Under the pieces are notes generated by a model. It was not told where the DNA came from. It saw only the letters and a program-made list of their open reading frames with translations, and searched no databases. A program made the translations under genes and the position numbers. A stretch of DNA of 64,000 nt. Origin: Lama glama (Eukaryota). Where the stretch lies: contig CM052817.1 in the NCBI GenBank assembly GCA_028534125.1, positions 81,532,001 through 81,596,000 of the forward strand, written 5' to 3'. This document shows, in pieces, positions 63,350 through 64,000 of this stretch; positions within the stretch are counted from its first letter, which is position 1, and each line of letters begins with the position of its first letter.

Positions 63350-64000
63350 TTGGATGGCTGAGTAAATGGCAAAGTCATTCACTGAGACTGGGTATAGGAC
63401 ACAAGAGGAAGATTTGGAAGAAAAAGATGAACTTCATTTTGTAATGTTTATTATAAATTGCTAACTTGGTGGGGTGTCAAACAGGCTGCCAAATATAGAA
63501 ATCCGGAGCTTAGGAGGTGAGCTGGAGCTTGGCCACCTCATGAGTGAAAAGCTGCTGGTTGAAGTCATGACGATTAATCAGATGGCTCAGGGAAAGTAAG
63601 CAGCAGGAGAGAAGGACGAAGATAAAACTGTGAGGATTAGTGAAAATGAAAGCGCAGCAGAGGAAATGAAGGCAAGAAGGAAGCACCCTGTGCAGTGGAC
63701 TGAGTTCGCTGGAGAGTCAGTACCTTTTAGAGAAACCAAAGGAGGCCAAGCCTTTAAAGTGGAAGGTGTGGCGACCACTGAACAAAGCCACAGAAGGAAC
63801 CAATCCCCATTGGATTTTGCACTTAGGAAAGTGTTGGTGATTTAGAGTGAATGGTTTCCACAGAGTGGTGTTAAAATTGAACTGATTGTGAGGCTATTAG
63901 TGGAGACATAGGCTTCTTTTTTAAGGAGGTTTGACAAGGAGTGGATTCTAGCTGGAGGGGAGTAAACAGCCCAGGAAGATTTCTTTAAGTTTCAGAGAGC
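63350..64000 (-). mobile_element. L2 fragment running off the window end
   Basis: GTCATTCACTGAGACTGGG...GATGAACTTCATTTTG...TTGGATTTTGCACTTAGGAAAGTGTTGGTGA. Confidence 0.75.

Noticed and set aside
1..64000. CRISPR arrays, operons or other prokaryote-type systems
   Set aside because: Mammalian repeat-rich non-coding DNA; no repeat-spacer array or long ORFs

Overview
AT-rich mammalian non-coding DNA (intronic or intergenic), most likely from a camelid, judged from three tRNA-derived Vic-1-type SINEs and young L1 3' ends. I recognise no host protein-coding exon, RNA gene, CpG island or CRISPR array. The only recognisable coding remnants are an ERV-L gag fragment (~6765-7110) and L1 ORF1/ORF2 fragments. 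The window is layered with transposons: MIR, L2, old L1M, MLT1/MLT2/LTR33/LTR40-like LTRs, an ERV1-like solo LTR, and Tigger2/MER8, MER3 and MER5 DNA elements. The strongest signal is a ~360-bp TSD-flanked insertion (8306-8664) in which the L1 5' UTR promoter end joins directly to the L1 3' UTR at a probable splice junction, suggesting a spliced, possibly SINE-like non-autonomous L1. Other signals are a collapsed ERV-L provirus, an L1 3' transduction, a twin-primed L1, two orphan poly(A) insertions, a Tigger2-type element with foreign filler DNA, an old local duplication and a 27-bp-stem hairpin. Repeat family names come from recalled consensus sequences and most boundaries are approximate; no database search was run.
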